Below are positions 26,774 through 37,402 of a stretch of DNA of 64,000 nt, one piece after another (the first letter of the stretch is position 1; each line of letters begins with the position of its first letter). The DNA is from Candidatus Omnitrophota bacterium (GTDB lineage Bacteria; Omnitrophota; Gorgyraeia; B26-G9; JBDRCZ01). Both the position numbers and the translations under genes were made by a program. The notes under the pieces were generated by a model that saw only the letters and a list, made by a program, of their open reading frames with translations, ran no database searches and was not told the DNA's origin. The stretch is from positions 14,959 through 78,958 of the forward strand of contig JBDRCZ010000029.1 in NCBI GenBank assembly GCA_043821285.1, in the 5' to 3' direction.

Positions 26774-27043
26774 TTAAATACTGCGATAGGCGGATGGCCG
26801 GAGGGTGATTAAAAGGACCCCAATGCGCTTATCTCTCTTATCTATTTCATAAATTATACGATAATCACCTGCACGGTAACGATATAAAATCTTTTTTACT
26901 TTTAATCGCTTAATGTTTTGTCCCTGAAAAGGATTATTTTCTAAATCTTCAAAACATCTGTTTAGGCGATTGGCTAATTTAGACGAGCAATTTTGATAAA
27001 ATTTCAATGCCTGCGGCAGCAAAATTACCTTAAATTTATCCAC
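26774..27043 (-). CDS. relE: RelE/ParE family toxin
   Basis: LENNPFQGQNIKRLK...YRYRAGDYRIIYEID...R..AY. Confidence 0.88.
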   Translation of the reverse strand: MDKFKVILLPQALKFYQNCSSKLANRLNRCFEDLENNPFQGQNIKRLKVKKILYRYRAGDYRIIYEIDKRDKRIGVLLITLRPSAYRSI

Positions 27044-27269
27044 GCTTTACTTTTCTCCAGTTAGCACCCTTGCCCTTATAAAAAAGTTTGCTCTCCTTCT
27101 CAATGTGAGCTATTTCTTCGCTGGTAAGCGTCTCATCAACTTTTTCTAAAAGCAACTCGCGCACTAAAGCAGAAATAGATTTGTATTCCCTATCGCATAG
27201 ACATTTTATCTTCTCATATAATGAAGCCGGTAACCTTATCAATAACTCTTTATTCATAGTTATAGCCAT
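27036..27269 (-). CDS. Ribbon-helix-helix antitoxin
   Basis: LLIRLPASLYEKIK..C.REYKSISALVRELL; overlaps the toxin start. Confidence 0.82.
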   Translation of the reverse strand: MAITMNKELLIRLPASLYEKIKCLCDREYKSISALVRELLLEKVDETLTSEEIAHIEKESKLFYKGKGANWRKVKRG

Positions 27270-27313
27270 TTTTGTCTCCTTATAAATTTCATTACAATTT
27301 ATCTTCCACTATA

Positions 27314-27342
27314 AGTATATCATAATGATATATAATTGTCAA
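27314..27342 (-). promoter_or_regulatory. TA operon promoter with palindromic operator
   Basis: TTGACA-17-TATACT; TATATCAT-A-ATGATATA palindrome across the spacer and -10. Confidence 0.72.
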
Positions 27343-27699
27343 GTTTAGATTTCAATACCAGTTGTCATACAGGACGTTCAGACGTCTGTATAAAAATACA
27401 ATTTTGAAATGTTAAAAATTAAAACAATAGTTCATCCTTTTAAAACATATAATCCTTAAACCACAAAGCACCAAGCGCACAAAGTTTTTGTATTCATTCT
27501 TCGTGCCCTTTGTGTCCTTCGTGGTAAATAATTTTCTATTTTTTCTTTTGTCTGAACTGGTACTTCTTTGCGTATCGGATTAATTTATTTTTATTATTTT
27601 CGTCAGATAACGTAAAGCTCGCAGAGAAAATATAAAATTAGACAGGATTGACAAGATAAAAAAGGATAAAACTAATCGTGTTAATCATGTAAATCCTGT

Positions 27700-27860
27700 C
27701 AAAGAAAAAATATTTGAATTTTACATTGTCATTTTCTTGCCTACCGGCAGGCAGGGATTTTTGATGTTTTCCACCAGAGGCGGACCCGCCTCCGGCGGGA
27801 ATTTTGGGATTAAGTTATTAAATGATTCATTTGGATTTTGTCATTTGACATTTGAGATTA
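27700..27860. repeat. Right arm of long inverted repeat flanking the TA module
   Basis: Inverted copy of 26543-26676 with extra mini-palindrome insertions. Confidence 0.85.
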
Positions 27861-27869
27861 AATAAAGCC

Positions 27870-29312
27870 TTACTGTTTCTTTCTCCGCCAAATTGTGCCC
27901 TGTTTTGTGTCTTCTAAAATTACGCCTAATTCCTCTAACTCGTCTCTTATTTTGTCCGATGTTTTAAAATCTTTATTCTTGCGTGCCGCATCCCTTTGGG
28001 AAATTAAAACTTTTATCTTATATTTAATCTCATCCGGTAATATCTCTTCCTTTATATCACTAAGAAAAAGCCCCAGTACATTACCTAAGCTGATAATTGT
28101 TTCTTTGGCTGATTTTATAAATGCTTTTAAATCTTCCGGGGGGTCAACCGCGGCATCGATCTTTTTGTTTATTAATGTAACCATGTCAAATAATACAGAT
28201 AATGCTTCTGCAGCGTTAAAATCATCATCCATTACTTGTTCAAATCGCTGCGTTAACTCAGCTAACTCCTTAAATTCTTTTTTCCGGTGCTCAAGGTTAC
28301 CGGCAATACGCTCAACCCGTTGAAATAATATATAAAACCTTTCTCTGGCCCGTTCAGCCTCAATAAGTTTTTCCTCTGTATAATTCAGGGGACTCGCATA
28401 ATGTGTGCCTAAAAACATGATTTTTAATGCTTCGGGATTATGTCTTTTAATAATTTTGCCAAGGGTTATAAAATTTCCTAATGATTTTGACATCTTTTCT
28501 CCGTTTACGGAAAGTAATCCATTATGTATCCAAAAGCCGGCAAATTTTTTTCCAGTAAATGCCTCGCTCTGGGCAATTTCATTTTCATGATGCGGAAAGA
28601 TTAAATCAAGACCCCCGCCATGAATGTCAAAACTCTCACCCAAATATTTTGTGCTCATTACCGAACACTCAATGTGCCAGCCGGGCCGGCCCCGTCCCCA
28701 TGGACTGTTCCATGAAGGTTCATTTGGCCTTGTCTTTTTCCAAAGGGCAAAATCTAATGGATCGTTTTTCTTTTCACCGGGATGTACCCTTGCCCCGCTG
28801 TGCAGTTCGTCAATGCTCTGGTGCGAGAGTTTGCCATATTGCTTGAACTTTTTTACCTCAAAGTAAACATCGCCTTCCACGGCATATGCATACCCTTTAT
28901 CAATTAGTCCAGAAATCATTTCAATCATATCTTTAATATGTGCGGTAGCCTTTGGCTCAACATCCGGCGGCATAATCTGCATCATGGTCATATCATGATA
29001 ATAAGCGTTAAGATAAAAATCCGCTACGGCCTGACAGGCCTGATTTAAATCCACCACTCCCCCGGCTTGATCCTGTGCTTTAGTTATAATTTTATCATCA
29101 ACATCCGTAATATTACGCACAAATTTTACCTGGTACTTCCTATACAATAAATAACGCCGGATAATATCAAAGGTAAATGCCGCGCGCAGATGCCCAAGAT
29201 GCGCCTCGTCATATACCGTAGGCCCGCAGACATATATCCCAACCTCCTCCATGGTAAGCGGCTGGAATTCTTCTTTTTTTCTGGTTAAGGTGTTGTAGAT
29301 ATGTAGCGCCAT
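27870..29312 (-). CDS. cysS: Cysteine--tRNA ligase
   Basis: YVCGPTVYD, HLGH, GRPGWHIECS, DLIFPHHENE, KMSKS. Confidence 0.98.
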   Translation of the reverse strand: MALHIYNTLTRKKEEFQPLTMEEVGIYVCGPTVYDEAHLGHLRAAFTFDIIRRYLLYRKYQVKFVRNITDVDDKIITKAQDQAGGVVDLNQACQAVADFYLNAYYHDMTMMQIMPPDVEPKATAHIKDMIEMISGLIDKGYAYAVEGDVYFEVKKFKQYGKLSHQSIDELHSGARVHPGEKKNDPLDFALWKKTRPNEPSWNSPWGRGRPGWHIECSVMSTKYLGESFDIHGGGLDLIFPHHENEIAQSEAFTGKKFAGFWIHNGLLSVNGEKMSKSLGNFITLGKIIKRHNPEALKIMFLGTHYASPLNYTEEKLIEAERARERFYILFQRVERIAGNLEHRKKEFKELAELTQRFEQVMDDDFNAAEALSVLFDMVTLINKKIDAAVDPPEDLKAFIKSAKETIISLGNVLGLFLSDIKEEILPDEIKYKIKVLISQRDAARKNKDFKTSDKIRDELEELGVILEDTKQGTIWRRKKQ

Positions 29313-29451
29313 AACTTACTAATTCCAAAATCCAAATGAATCTTTAAATATCTGAATCTCAAAAAAAACAATTATAAAATCTTTTTCTATTTGTCTGCCC
29401 GCCGTGATTTTGACAGGTTATTTTTTTGTTGAATGATTAATTTGTCATTTG

Positions 29452-30900
29452 TCATTTCTTAAGCGCTTCCCCCATCCTCTTAAGGCAAACCTCTTTACCC
29501 AAGAGCGGCAGGACAAAAGTAAGCTCCGGGCCTTGCATATCGCCGGTTAAGGCTACGCGTACCGGCAGGTATAAATTCTTTCCTTTTATCCCGGTTGCAG
29601 TTTGCACCTCTTTCATCAGCGCTTTAAAACTTACTACCGTAATCTCTTCCGCACTTTTGCTTAAACCTGATACCAGAGACGTCAATATTGCTTTTGCTTC
29701 TTCATTTTTCAATATATCCTGTGCTTCGTTGTTATAAGTTAGTATTTCCCGAAAAAATATATCTGCGTAAAGCAGGATATCTTTTATTTTTTTTAAACGC
29801 TCCTTGACCGTTAAAACTACTTGTTTAACCCGGTCAAATTTTTCCGCAGCGGTTTTTTCATCCAAAAAACCTGCCGCCACCAAATAAGGAATGCACATCC
29901 GGGTTAACTGTTCAATCTCTAAGCTGCGGATGTAATGTCCGGAAATCCAGTCAAGCTTCGCCGGGTCAAATAAAGCCTGCGACTTATTAAGATCTTCGAC
30001 TGCAAAATCAGAAATTATCTCCGGTTTTGATAAAATTTCCTTTTCTCCTTTTGGCGCCCAGCCGAGAAGCACCAGGTAATTAAACAGCGCCTCTGGTAAA
30101 TATCCCCGTGCACGATAACTATCAATTGAAACCGACTCTACCCGTTTACTAAGTTTTTCTCCGCCTTCGCCCATGGTCATTGACATGTGGGCAAATTGCG
30201 GAATGTGCGCCCCGAGACTTTCAAATATTAAAATATGACGCGGGGTATTCGAGAGGTGGTCTTCGCCTCTTAAAATATGGGTGATCTGCATTAAATAATC
30301 ATCTACACATACGGCAAAATTAAACATCGGATAGCCATCAGATTTCTGCACGACAAAATCTCCAATCACGGATGTATTAAACTGCACTCTCCCCCGTATT
30401 AAATCGTCAATTATAATCTCTCTGTTATCCGGTACCTTGAATCGCAACACCGGTATTCTATTTTCACTGCGGTATTTTTGTTTCTCTTCTTCGGTAAGAT
30501 TACGGCAGCGGTTGTCATAACGTGAAGTCTTACCCTGTTGAAGCAGTTTCTCCCTTCTTTCCTCCAGTTCTTCTGCGCGGCAGTAACACTCATATAATCT
30601 GCCGCGGTGCTTTAATTTATCCAGGTATTGCTTGTAAATATCAATCCGCTGTGACTGGACATAAGGGGCAAATTCTCCACCAATGTCCGGACCTTCATCC
30701 CAATCAATGCCCAGCCACTTCAAATCCGCGAAAATCTCCTGCACAAAATTTTTCTGTGAACGTTCTATATCAGTATCTTCAATTCTCAATATAAAACGCC
30801 CCTGCGCTTTGCGGGCAAATATCCAGTTAAACAGCGCTGTCCTGGCATTACCAATATGTAATCTGCCCGTGGGACTGGGGGCAAAACGTACTCGAACCAC
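29452..30900 (-). CDS. gltX: Glutamate--tRNA ligase
   Basis: RVRFAPSPTG.LHIGN, LRIEDTD, RGEDH, KLSKR. Start set at GTG 30900 after GGAGG. Confidence 0.97.
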   Translation of the reverse strand: MVRVRFAPSPTGRLHIGNARTALFNWIFARKAQGRFILRIEDTDIERSQKNFVQEIFADLKWLGIDWDEGPDIGGEFAPYVQSQRIDIYKQYLDKLKHRGRLYECYCRAEELEERREKLLQQGKTSRYDNRCRNLTEEEKQKYRSENRIPVLRFKVPDNREIIIDDLIRGRVQFNTSVIGDFVVQKSDGYPMFNFAVCVDDYLMQITHILRGEDHLSNTPRHILIFESLGAHIPQFAHMSMTMGEGGEKLSKRVESVSIDSYRARGYLPEALFNYLVLLGWAPKGEKEILSKPEIISDFAVEDLNKSQALFDPAKLDWISGHYIRSLEIEQLTRMCIPYLVAAGFLDEKTAAEKFDRVKQVVLTVKERLKKIKDILLYADIFFREILTYNNEAQDILKNEEAKAILTSLVSGLSKSAEEITVVSFKALMKEVQTATGIKGKNLYLPVRVALTGDMQGPELTFVLPLLGKEVCLKRMGEALKK

Positions 30901-31183
30901 GCTACCTCCGGTAGAATGACAAATGTCAAATTCCAAATAAGAAAACCGTCAAGCGGTTACGGTTACGTAAGTTTTTGTATTGTGTATTGAGTCGTGCGTA
31001 TTGCGGTTTTTATGGTATAGGAAAGTATACTCTTATACCCTTACGGGCACAAGTAAAACACTTTCCTAACCACTGAAAATCGCAGATTGTCGTCTTTTTA
31101 TTTTTTATGCTCAATACTCGATGCTCAATACGAGTATTATTACCTTAACCGTTACCGAATAAGCAGTGCGTAATACGCAATAC

Positions 31184-31675
31184 TTATTTAAGTTCAAGCA
31201 ATACTACTGCATACGCGGCAATGGCTTCTTTCTTGCCAATAACCCCGGTGCCTTCTGTTGTTGTTGCCTTTATGTTTACCGCTTGTTTGTCTATCCCCAG
31301 CACCCGGCTGATCTTTTGTTTCATCTCTTCCTTATAGGGACTAATCTTTGGCTGTTCTGCTAATACTACCACATCAATGTTTACTACGGAAAAATTTTTC
31401 TGAAAAATCAAATCCGCACTATTTTTAAGCAGCAAGAGACTGGAAATATTTTTGTAGGTTAAATTACCCGGGGGAAAATGTTCCCCAATATCACCCAAAC
31501 CCGCTGCCCCGAGCAAGGCATCGCATATTGCATGTAAAACTACATCCGCATCAGAATGCCCCTTTAGTCCCCTGGAATAAGGAACCTCCACCCCGCCCAA
31601 AAATAACTTACGCCCGGGCTCAAGGCAATGCAGGTCATATCCCAGTCCCGTGCGCCAGTTTAATGCTGTTTTCAC
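31184..31675 (-). CDS. ispF: 2-C-methyl-D-erythritol 2,4-cyclodiphosphate synthase
   Basis: GYDLH, GHSDADVVLHAICDALLGA, KATTTE. Confidence 0.96.
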   Translation of the reverse strand: MKTALNWRTGLGYDLHCLEPGRKLFLGGVEVPYSRGLKGHSDADVVLHAICDALLGAAGLGDIGEHFPPGNLTYKNISSLLLLKNSADLIFQKNFSVVNIDVVVLAEQPKISPYKEEMKQKISRVLGIDKQAVNIKATTTEGTGVIGKKEAIAAYAVVLLELK

Positions 31676-32345
31676 TTTTTATTAATTCCTCCGCAATACG
31701 CAAATCAATCTGAGTGGTAATTTTGATATTCGAATACCGGCCTTTTACTATCTTTACTTTTTCCCCAATGCGTTCAACAAGCATTGCATCATCGGTTACA
31801 TTTTTTTTCTCGGCGCATTCGTAAGCACGAAGCAAAAGCTTTCGGCAAAACACCTGCGGGGTCTGGATATCCCAGAGCGCCTGCCGCGGGAGGGTCCGGG
31901 TAACAAAACGCCGGTTATCTGCCTGTTTTATCGTCGAAATAACCGGTACCGCAATCGCCGCCGCGCCATAGCGTTTTGCCTGTGCTATTGCCTGTTCGAC
32001 AATCTTTTTATCAATTAGCGGCCGGGCCGCATCATGCACCAAAATCAAATCTGCTTCTTCTGATACAGATTTTAACCCTCGATAAACCGAGAGATGACGC
32101 TGACTGCCGCCAAAAACAATCCTCACCGGCTTAGAAACCCGATACTCTGCAAGCAGCTTCTTTGCCCTTCGATAATCATCTTTGTTAATTACAAAAATGA
32201 TTTCACTAACACTCTTAAGTTCTGCTATTACCTTAAGAGAAAAAGCCGCGATTGGTTTATTCTGTAAGCAAACAAATGCCTTGTTTATTCTGCTCTTAAA
32301 CCTCTTTCCGCATCCCGCAGAAGCAACAATTGCCGATACCTTCAC
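31635..32345 (-). CDS. ispD: 2-C-methyl-D-erythritol 4-phosphate cytidylyltransferase
   Basis: [31 protein letters not shown]. Confidence 0.96.
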   Translation of the reverse strand: MKVSAIVASAGCGKRFKSRINKAFVCLQNKPIAAFSLKVIAELKSVSEIIFVINKDDYRRAKKLLAEYRVSKPVRIVFGGSQRHLSVYRGLKSVSEEADLILVHDAARPLIDKKIVEQAIAQAKRYGAAAIAVPVISTIKQADNRRFVTRTLPRQALWDIQTPQVFCRKLLLRAYECAEKKNVTDDAMLVERIGEKVKIVKGRYSNIKITTQIDLRIAEELIKSENSIKLAHGTGI

Positions 32346-33343
32346 TTCGCTGACTCCGCTTTCGCAAAAATCATCCGTCCAGCAGCAGTTTGCAGTACAC
32401 TGGTTACAATCACCCTAGTGGTATATCCGATAAACCTGCGTCCCTCTTCCACCACGATCATTGTCCCGTCATCAAGATAGGCTACGCCTTGGTCATATTC
32501 TTTGCCTTCGCGCACGATTTTAGCAATCATAACCTCTCCTGGCAAAACTACCGGCTTTAAGGCATTGGCTAATTCATTAATATTTAATACACTAATGCCC
32601 TGTAGTTCGGCTACTTTGTTTAAGTTAAAGTCATTGGTGAAAATTTTTGCCGTAAGCATTTTGGCCAACTTGATTAGTTTTGCATCGACCTCATGTATTT
32701 CCGGGAAGTCTTCGTCATGAATTTTAACGTCAATCTTTTTATTTTTCTGAATCTTATTCAAAACATCCAGTCCGCGGCGGCCGCGGTTGCGTTTTAACGC
32801 ATCAGAAGAATCGGCAATCTGCTGCAATTCTCTGAGGACAAAGCGCGGGATTATAAACTTACCCTCAATAAAACGCGTCTGGCTGAGATCTAAGATTCTC
32901 CCATCAATAATCACACTGGTGTCTAAGATTATAAACTCTTCCTTTTGGTCCTGCCGGGTGAATTTTACATAAGGAATAATCAAGTTAAACTCATCGCGCC
33001 CGCGGATAGCCACAACCATCCCCAGGTAACATAGCACCATCGTGATAATAACCCGCAATGTATTCGTCACTGCTTCATCTAATCCTAAAAGGACAAAAGA
33101 ATCAGTAAAAATTTTTGCTGCGAGTAATCCAAAAATTAATCCAAATACCGCACTGGATAACCCGCGCACAGATACCTTCCTTGAGCATAAATCAAGCAGC
33201 ACAATGCCCATACTGCCGAAAAAACCAAATACCGGACCTAACCATATCGCTTTTTCTTGATCAATCCCCAAAAGAGAAGCAATTTGATACCCTAGGGCGG
33301 TACCGATAAGCACAAAAATAATCCGCACAAACAGTATCGTCAT
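32342..33343 (-). CDS. PIN/TRAM domain membrane protein (YacL-like)
   Basis: TM N-terminus, [37 protein letters not shown]. Confidence 0.93.
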   Translation of the reverse strand: MTILFVRIIFVLIGTALGYQIASLLGIDQEKAIWLGPVFGFFGSMGIVLLDLCSRKVSVRGLSSAVFGLIFGLLAAKIFTDSFVLLGLDEAVTNTLRVIITMVLCYLGMVVAIRGRDEFNLIIPYVKFTRQDQKEEFIILDTSVIIDGRILDLSQTRFIEGKFIIPRFVLRELQQIADSSDALKRNRGRRGLDVLNKIQKNKKIDVKIHDEDFPEIHEVDAKLIKLAKMLTAKIFTNDFNLNKVAELQGISVLNINELANALKPVVLPGEVMIAKIVREGKEYDQGVAYLDDGTMIVVEEGRRFIGYTTRVIVTSVLQTAAGRMIFAKAESAK

Positions 33344-33438
33344 CCTTTCTCACCTCCTTCCAAATTACCCGCCATGACGGGTAATTTAATTTCACATGTC
33401 AAATCTCAAATGAATTACTAAATAAAACAATCAAAAAA

Positions 33439-34863
33439 TTAAAAGATTTGAAGATTAGAAGATTCATTTGGATTTTGGATTTTGTCATTATTGCTGCTGC
33501 TTGGCAGCAGCAATGCCACGGCCTCTTTTATCGTACTCACCCCAATACGCTCAATGCCCGTGGTATTTAACTTCGCCTTTAGGTTTGCCTTTGGCAATAT
33601 ACACCTTTTAAATCCGAGTTTCTCTGCCTCGCTTATCCGAACTTCCATACCATTTACCGCTCTGATCTCTCCCCCCAGTCCAATCTCGCCAAAGATAATA
33701 TCACCTTTTTTTGCCGGTATATCTTTACGGCTTGAAGCAATTGCCGCGGCAATCGCTAAATCTGCTGAGGGCTCAACAATCTTTATCCCGCCGGTAACAT
33801 TTATAAACACATCATAATTTGCCAGCGTAATTCCCGCTCTTCTTTCCAATACCGCAACCAGTAAAATTATCCGGTTAATATCCACTCCCGTACTGCGGCG
33901 GCGGGGCAGACCAAAATTGGTCGCGGCAACCAACGATTGTATCTCGACCACCAACGGCCGTGAACCTTCAATCGTCGGGGTAACAACCGCACCGGAAATT
34001 TCCAGCGTCCGATCTGATAAAAATAATTCTGACGGATTTTTAACCTCCGCTAACCCCTTGCCGGTCATTTCAAATATACCAATCTCATTTGTTGAACCAA
34101 AACGGTTTTTTACCGCACGTAAAATCCGGTACGATGCATGCCGGTCGCCTTCAAAATAAAGCACGGTGTCGACGATATGTTCCAAAACCCGCGGGCCGGC
34201 AAGCGCTCCCTCTTTGGTAACATGGCCAACAATAAACACCGAACAGCCTGTTGTCTTGGCCATACTGGTTAAAAGCGCCGCACACTCTCTTACCTGAGAA
34301 ACACTGCCGGCGCTGGAGGTTAGATCTTCCCGGTAGACCACCTGTATTGAGTCCAAAACCAAAATCTTAGGTTGTAATCTTTTTACATATTCAAGGATCA
34401 GTCCAAGATTTGTCTCCGAGACAATATATAAATTTTCCGAAGCTGTGCCCAAGCGGTTCGCACGCAGTTTTGTCTGTTTTACGGATTCCTCCCCACTGAC
34501 GTAGAGAATTTTTTCACCATTTGTACTAATATTATCAGAAATCTGAAGTAGTATCGTTGATTTGCCAATGCCCGGGTCACCACCGATTAAAACTACTGAC
34601 CCGGCAACCACTCCCCCGCCAAGCACACGATCAAGTTCCCGGATACCGGTTCTAATCCGGTCTTTTTCCTCTGTTTGAACGCAGTGGAGAAGTTCCGGTC
34701 CGAGGGAGGCATTAATATCCCAACTCCGCTGTTTGCCCTTTTGTTTTTCTACCTGAGACTCTTCGACCAGAGAATTCCAGCTGCTACAATCCGGACAGCG
34801 GCCAAGCCATTTGGCAGAGGTATACCCGCATTCCTGACAACAAAAAACAGTTTTCACTTTCAT
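33439..34863 (-). CDS. radA: DNA repair protein RadA/Sms
   Basis: CQECG...CPDC, GDPGIGKST, KNRFG. Confidence 0.97.
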   Translation of the reverse strand: MKVKTVFCCQECGYTSAKWLGRCPDCSSWNSLVEESQVEKQKGKQRSWDINASLGPELLHCVQTEEKDRIRTGIRELDRVLGGGVVAGSVVLIGGDPGIGKSTILLQISDNISTNGEKILYVSGEESVKQTKLRANRLGTASENLYIVSETNLGLILEYVKRLQPKILVLDSIQVVYREDLTSSAGSVSQVRECAALLTSMAKTTGCSVFIVGHVTKEGALAGPRVLEHIVDTVLYFEGDRHASYRILRAVKNRFGSTNEIGIFEMTGKGLAEVKNPSELFLSDRTLEISGAVVTPTIEGSRPLVVEIQSLVAATNFGLPRRRSTGVDINRIILLVAVLERRAGITLANYDVFINVTGGIKIVEPSADLAIAAAIASSRKDIPAKKGDIIFGEIGLGGEIRAVNGMEVRISEAEKLGFKRCILPKANLKAKLNTTGIERIGVSTIKEAVALLLPSSSNNDKIQNPNESSNLQIF

Positions 34864-34942
34864 AAGAAAATCGCCTTCTGCAATAACCTTCCCGTGACTT
34901 TCCGTATCAAGATATACCCCGGACGGGTCTTTGAAATATCAA

Positions 34943-35653
34943 TTATTTTTTAAGGTTCTTTTTTTTCTCTTTTTGTTTAAAGAATAATTTCCAGGGATGG
35001 CGCCTTACATCATCGATTAAATATTCCAAGTCATTATACATTTTATCCGAGGTGAGTAATTTACCAACCGTCCCCTGACCGCCTTCCAGATTTTTTGCAA
35101 TCGAGTTTATGGTAATACTGGTATCTTTGAAATTCTCACTGGCCTGGTTAAGATTAAGGATTGTTTCCCGCAGACTATTCGTCATTGTTTTATCCCCAAC
35201 AACGTCCATCAGCACCTCGGTTAACCGCTCAATACTTATTGGGTCCTTTCCCCGTAACACATCCCCGGCCTTAAGCAGTCCGCTGGCTTTGGATCCCGGA
35301 ACAAGTTCTACATATTTTTCCCCCATAATTCCCAATGTATTAATATAGGTTTGAGAATTCCGCGGGATGCGAATATTCGGACGAATATTTAAGGTTAACT
35401 CTACCTCAACCTTATTTTTCTCTTCATTATAAAATATTCTAATATCACTTACCTCACCCACACTTACTCCCGCCAGTCTTACCGGCGCCGTAGGTTCAAT
35501 CCCGCTGGCAAAACCAAAAATTGCCTTAATCGTATACCCCTGTTTACTCAGGATCGAACTGCCGCTAATCTGAAATAAGATAAAAGCCAGCACCACTCCT
35601 GAAAGCAGGATAAAAAATCCTACCTTAATCTGGATAACCGTCCTTTTTTCCAT
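34943..35653 (-). CDS. mlaD: MCE/MlaD family protein
   Basis: N-terminal TM, VRLAGVSVGEV, GIMGEKYVELVPG. Confidence 0.88.
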   Translation of the reverse strand: MEKRTVIQIKVGFFILLSGVVLAFILFQISGSSILSKQGYTIKAIFGFASGIEPTAPVRLAGVSVGEVSDIRIFYNEEKNKVEVELTLNIRPNIRIPRNSQTYINTLGIMGEKYVELVPGSKASGLLKAGDVLRGKDPISIERLTEVLMDVVGDKTMTNSLRETILNLNQASENFKDTSITINSIAKNLEGGQGTVGKLLTSDKMYNDLEYLIDDVRRHPWKLFFKQKEKKKNLKK

Positions 35654-35835
35654 AAATAAGCTCCTTTAAATTATTGCGGTTCTGTCAAAAGTTTTACTAT
35701 TGTATTATGCAAATATTCTTATCCCGTAAGAGTTTTTATTGAAATTAACTGCCCCTTAAAAATATAAACAAATAAAATATTTACCACAGATTAAAAATCT
35801 TATTGTTTTCTATACGTGAACAAAAATCAATTTTT

Positions 35836-36582
35836 TCATCGATTAGTTATCGGGCCTTCCGCTGCACCGGTTATAAACTGACGCACTACCGGATTGGTTG
35901 TCTGTTTAATCTTCGCCGGGGCATCAACCTCAATAATCCCCCCCTGATAAAGCATGGCAATCTTATCCGCCACTTTATAGGCAGAAGTCATGTCATGGGT
36001 TACGACAACGGATGTGATCGATAGCGTGTGATGCAGTTCAATTATTAAATCATTTATGGCATCTGCGCCGATGGGATCAACTCCGGTCGTTGGCTCATCA
36101 TAAAGGATAATTCTCGGGTCTATGCAAATTGCCCTGGCCAGTCCCACTCTTTTTTTCATGCCACCGCTGAGCTCTGAGGGATAAAAACCTTCCACTCCTT
36201 TAAGTCCCACCGCGGCCAAAGATGCGCTTACCTTTGCATCAATTTCCCGGTGCGGGGTATTGGTATGCTCGAACAAAGCAAATCCTACATTCTCGCGCAC
36301 GGTTAAAGAATCAAATAATGCTGCTCCTTGAAAAAGCATGCCGAAATTCAGACGGAATTTTTCAATCTTTTTGCCTCTTAATTTATTGATATCCTGTCCA
36401 TCAATAATAATTCTACCCATATCCGGGGACATCAGTCCAATAATGTGTTTTAACAATACACTCTTTCCACAGCCGCTTCTGCCAATTATGACCATGGTCT
36501 CACCGGTATTTATTTTTAAGCTCAAGTTATTTAGCACCGGATGATTGCCAAACGATTTAGTTATATTTGCGATCTCAATCAT
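35836..36582 (-). CDS. mlaF: ABC transporter ATP-binding protein, MlaF-like
   Basis: GRSGCGKS, FQGAALFDS, LSGGMKKRVGLARA, YDEPT. Confidence 0.9.
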   Translation of the reverse strand: MIEIANITKSFGNHPVLNNLSLKINTGETMVIIGRSGCGKSVLLKHIIGLMSPDMGRIIIDGQDINKLRGKKIEKFRLNFGMLFQGAALFDSLTVRENVGFALFEHTNTPHREIDAKVSASLAAVGLKGVEGFYPSELSGGMKKRVGLARAICIDPRIILYDEPTTGVDPIGADAINDLIIELHHTLSITSVVVTHDMTSAYKVADKIAMLYQGGIIEVDAPAKIKQTTNPVVRQFITGAAEGPITNR

Positions 36583-36583
36583 A

Positions 36584-37402
36584 TTAAATGATAAAATAAA
36601 ATATCGTCGTAAAGAAACAATCCGCCGCGAGGATTAAAATACAGGAGATCACTACTGCCTGGGTCGTGGCTATCCCGACCCCCTCGGCCCCGCCACGTGT
36701 ATTCATCCCTTCAAAACAACTTATAATTGAAATAATAACTGCAAATACTGCTGACTTTATCAGTCCCGTCCAGATATCCTTATACATTAAAGCATCAAAT
36801 GACTTTTTAAGATACAATCCTGAAGGTATATATAATTTATTAACCGCGACGATAAATCCTCCGCTAATCCCGATAAAGTCCGCATAAATCGTAAGAATTG
36901 GCAGCATTATTAAAAGCGACAAAAACCGCGGCACGACAAGATAACGCACCGGATTTGTCGCCAGGGTCTGTAAGGCATCTATTTGTTCTGTTACCTTCAT
37001 TGTCCCGAGTTCTGCGGCGATTGATGCCCCGACCCGTGCGGCAACAACCAGTGCGGTTAAAACCGGGCCAAGTTCCCGGCACATCGAAAGGCTGACCAGT
37101 CCGGCAATATAAAGCTGTGCCGACATCTTTTTCATTGTATAAGCAGTTTGGAAAGCAAGCACCATACCGGTAAACAAAGCGGTTAAAAATACAATCATAA
37201 AGCTGTTAATCCCGATATGCTCCATTTGCTCAATGAATTTCTTATCTATCCCGAACCTGAATTTATTAAGACGCTGCAGCGGCGGATGAGTTATTGTCCA
37301 AAATAGTGTTTCGAAAAATAAAAATGCTATCCCGCCAACATAGCTGAAGATATTATTAAAAATTTCCTTTAAATCCCTCATCACGCAGATTAGGGCTTTC
37401 AT
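36584..37402 (-). CDS. mlaE: ABC transporter permease MlaE
   Basis: RELGPVLTALVVAARVGASIAAELGTMKVTEQIDAL. Confidence 0.93.
   Translation of the reverse strand: MKALICVMRDLKEIFNNIFSYVGGIAFLFFETLFWTITHPPLQRLNKFRFGIDKKFIEQMEHIGINSFMIVFLTALFTGMVLAFQTAYTMKKMSAQLYIAGLVSLSMCRELGPVLTALVVAARVGASIAAELGTMKVTEQIDALQTLATNPVRYLVVPRFLSLLIMLPILTIYADFIGISGGFIVAVNKLYIPSGLYLKKSFDALMYKDIWTGLIKSAVFAVIISIISCFEGMNTRGGAEGVGIATTQAVVISCILILAADCFFTTIFYFII

Noticed and set aside
29313-31183. T-box leaders before gltX or cysS
   Set aside because: No T-box antiterminator consensus seen; the spacers consist of repeat arms.
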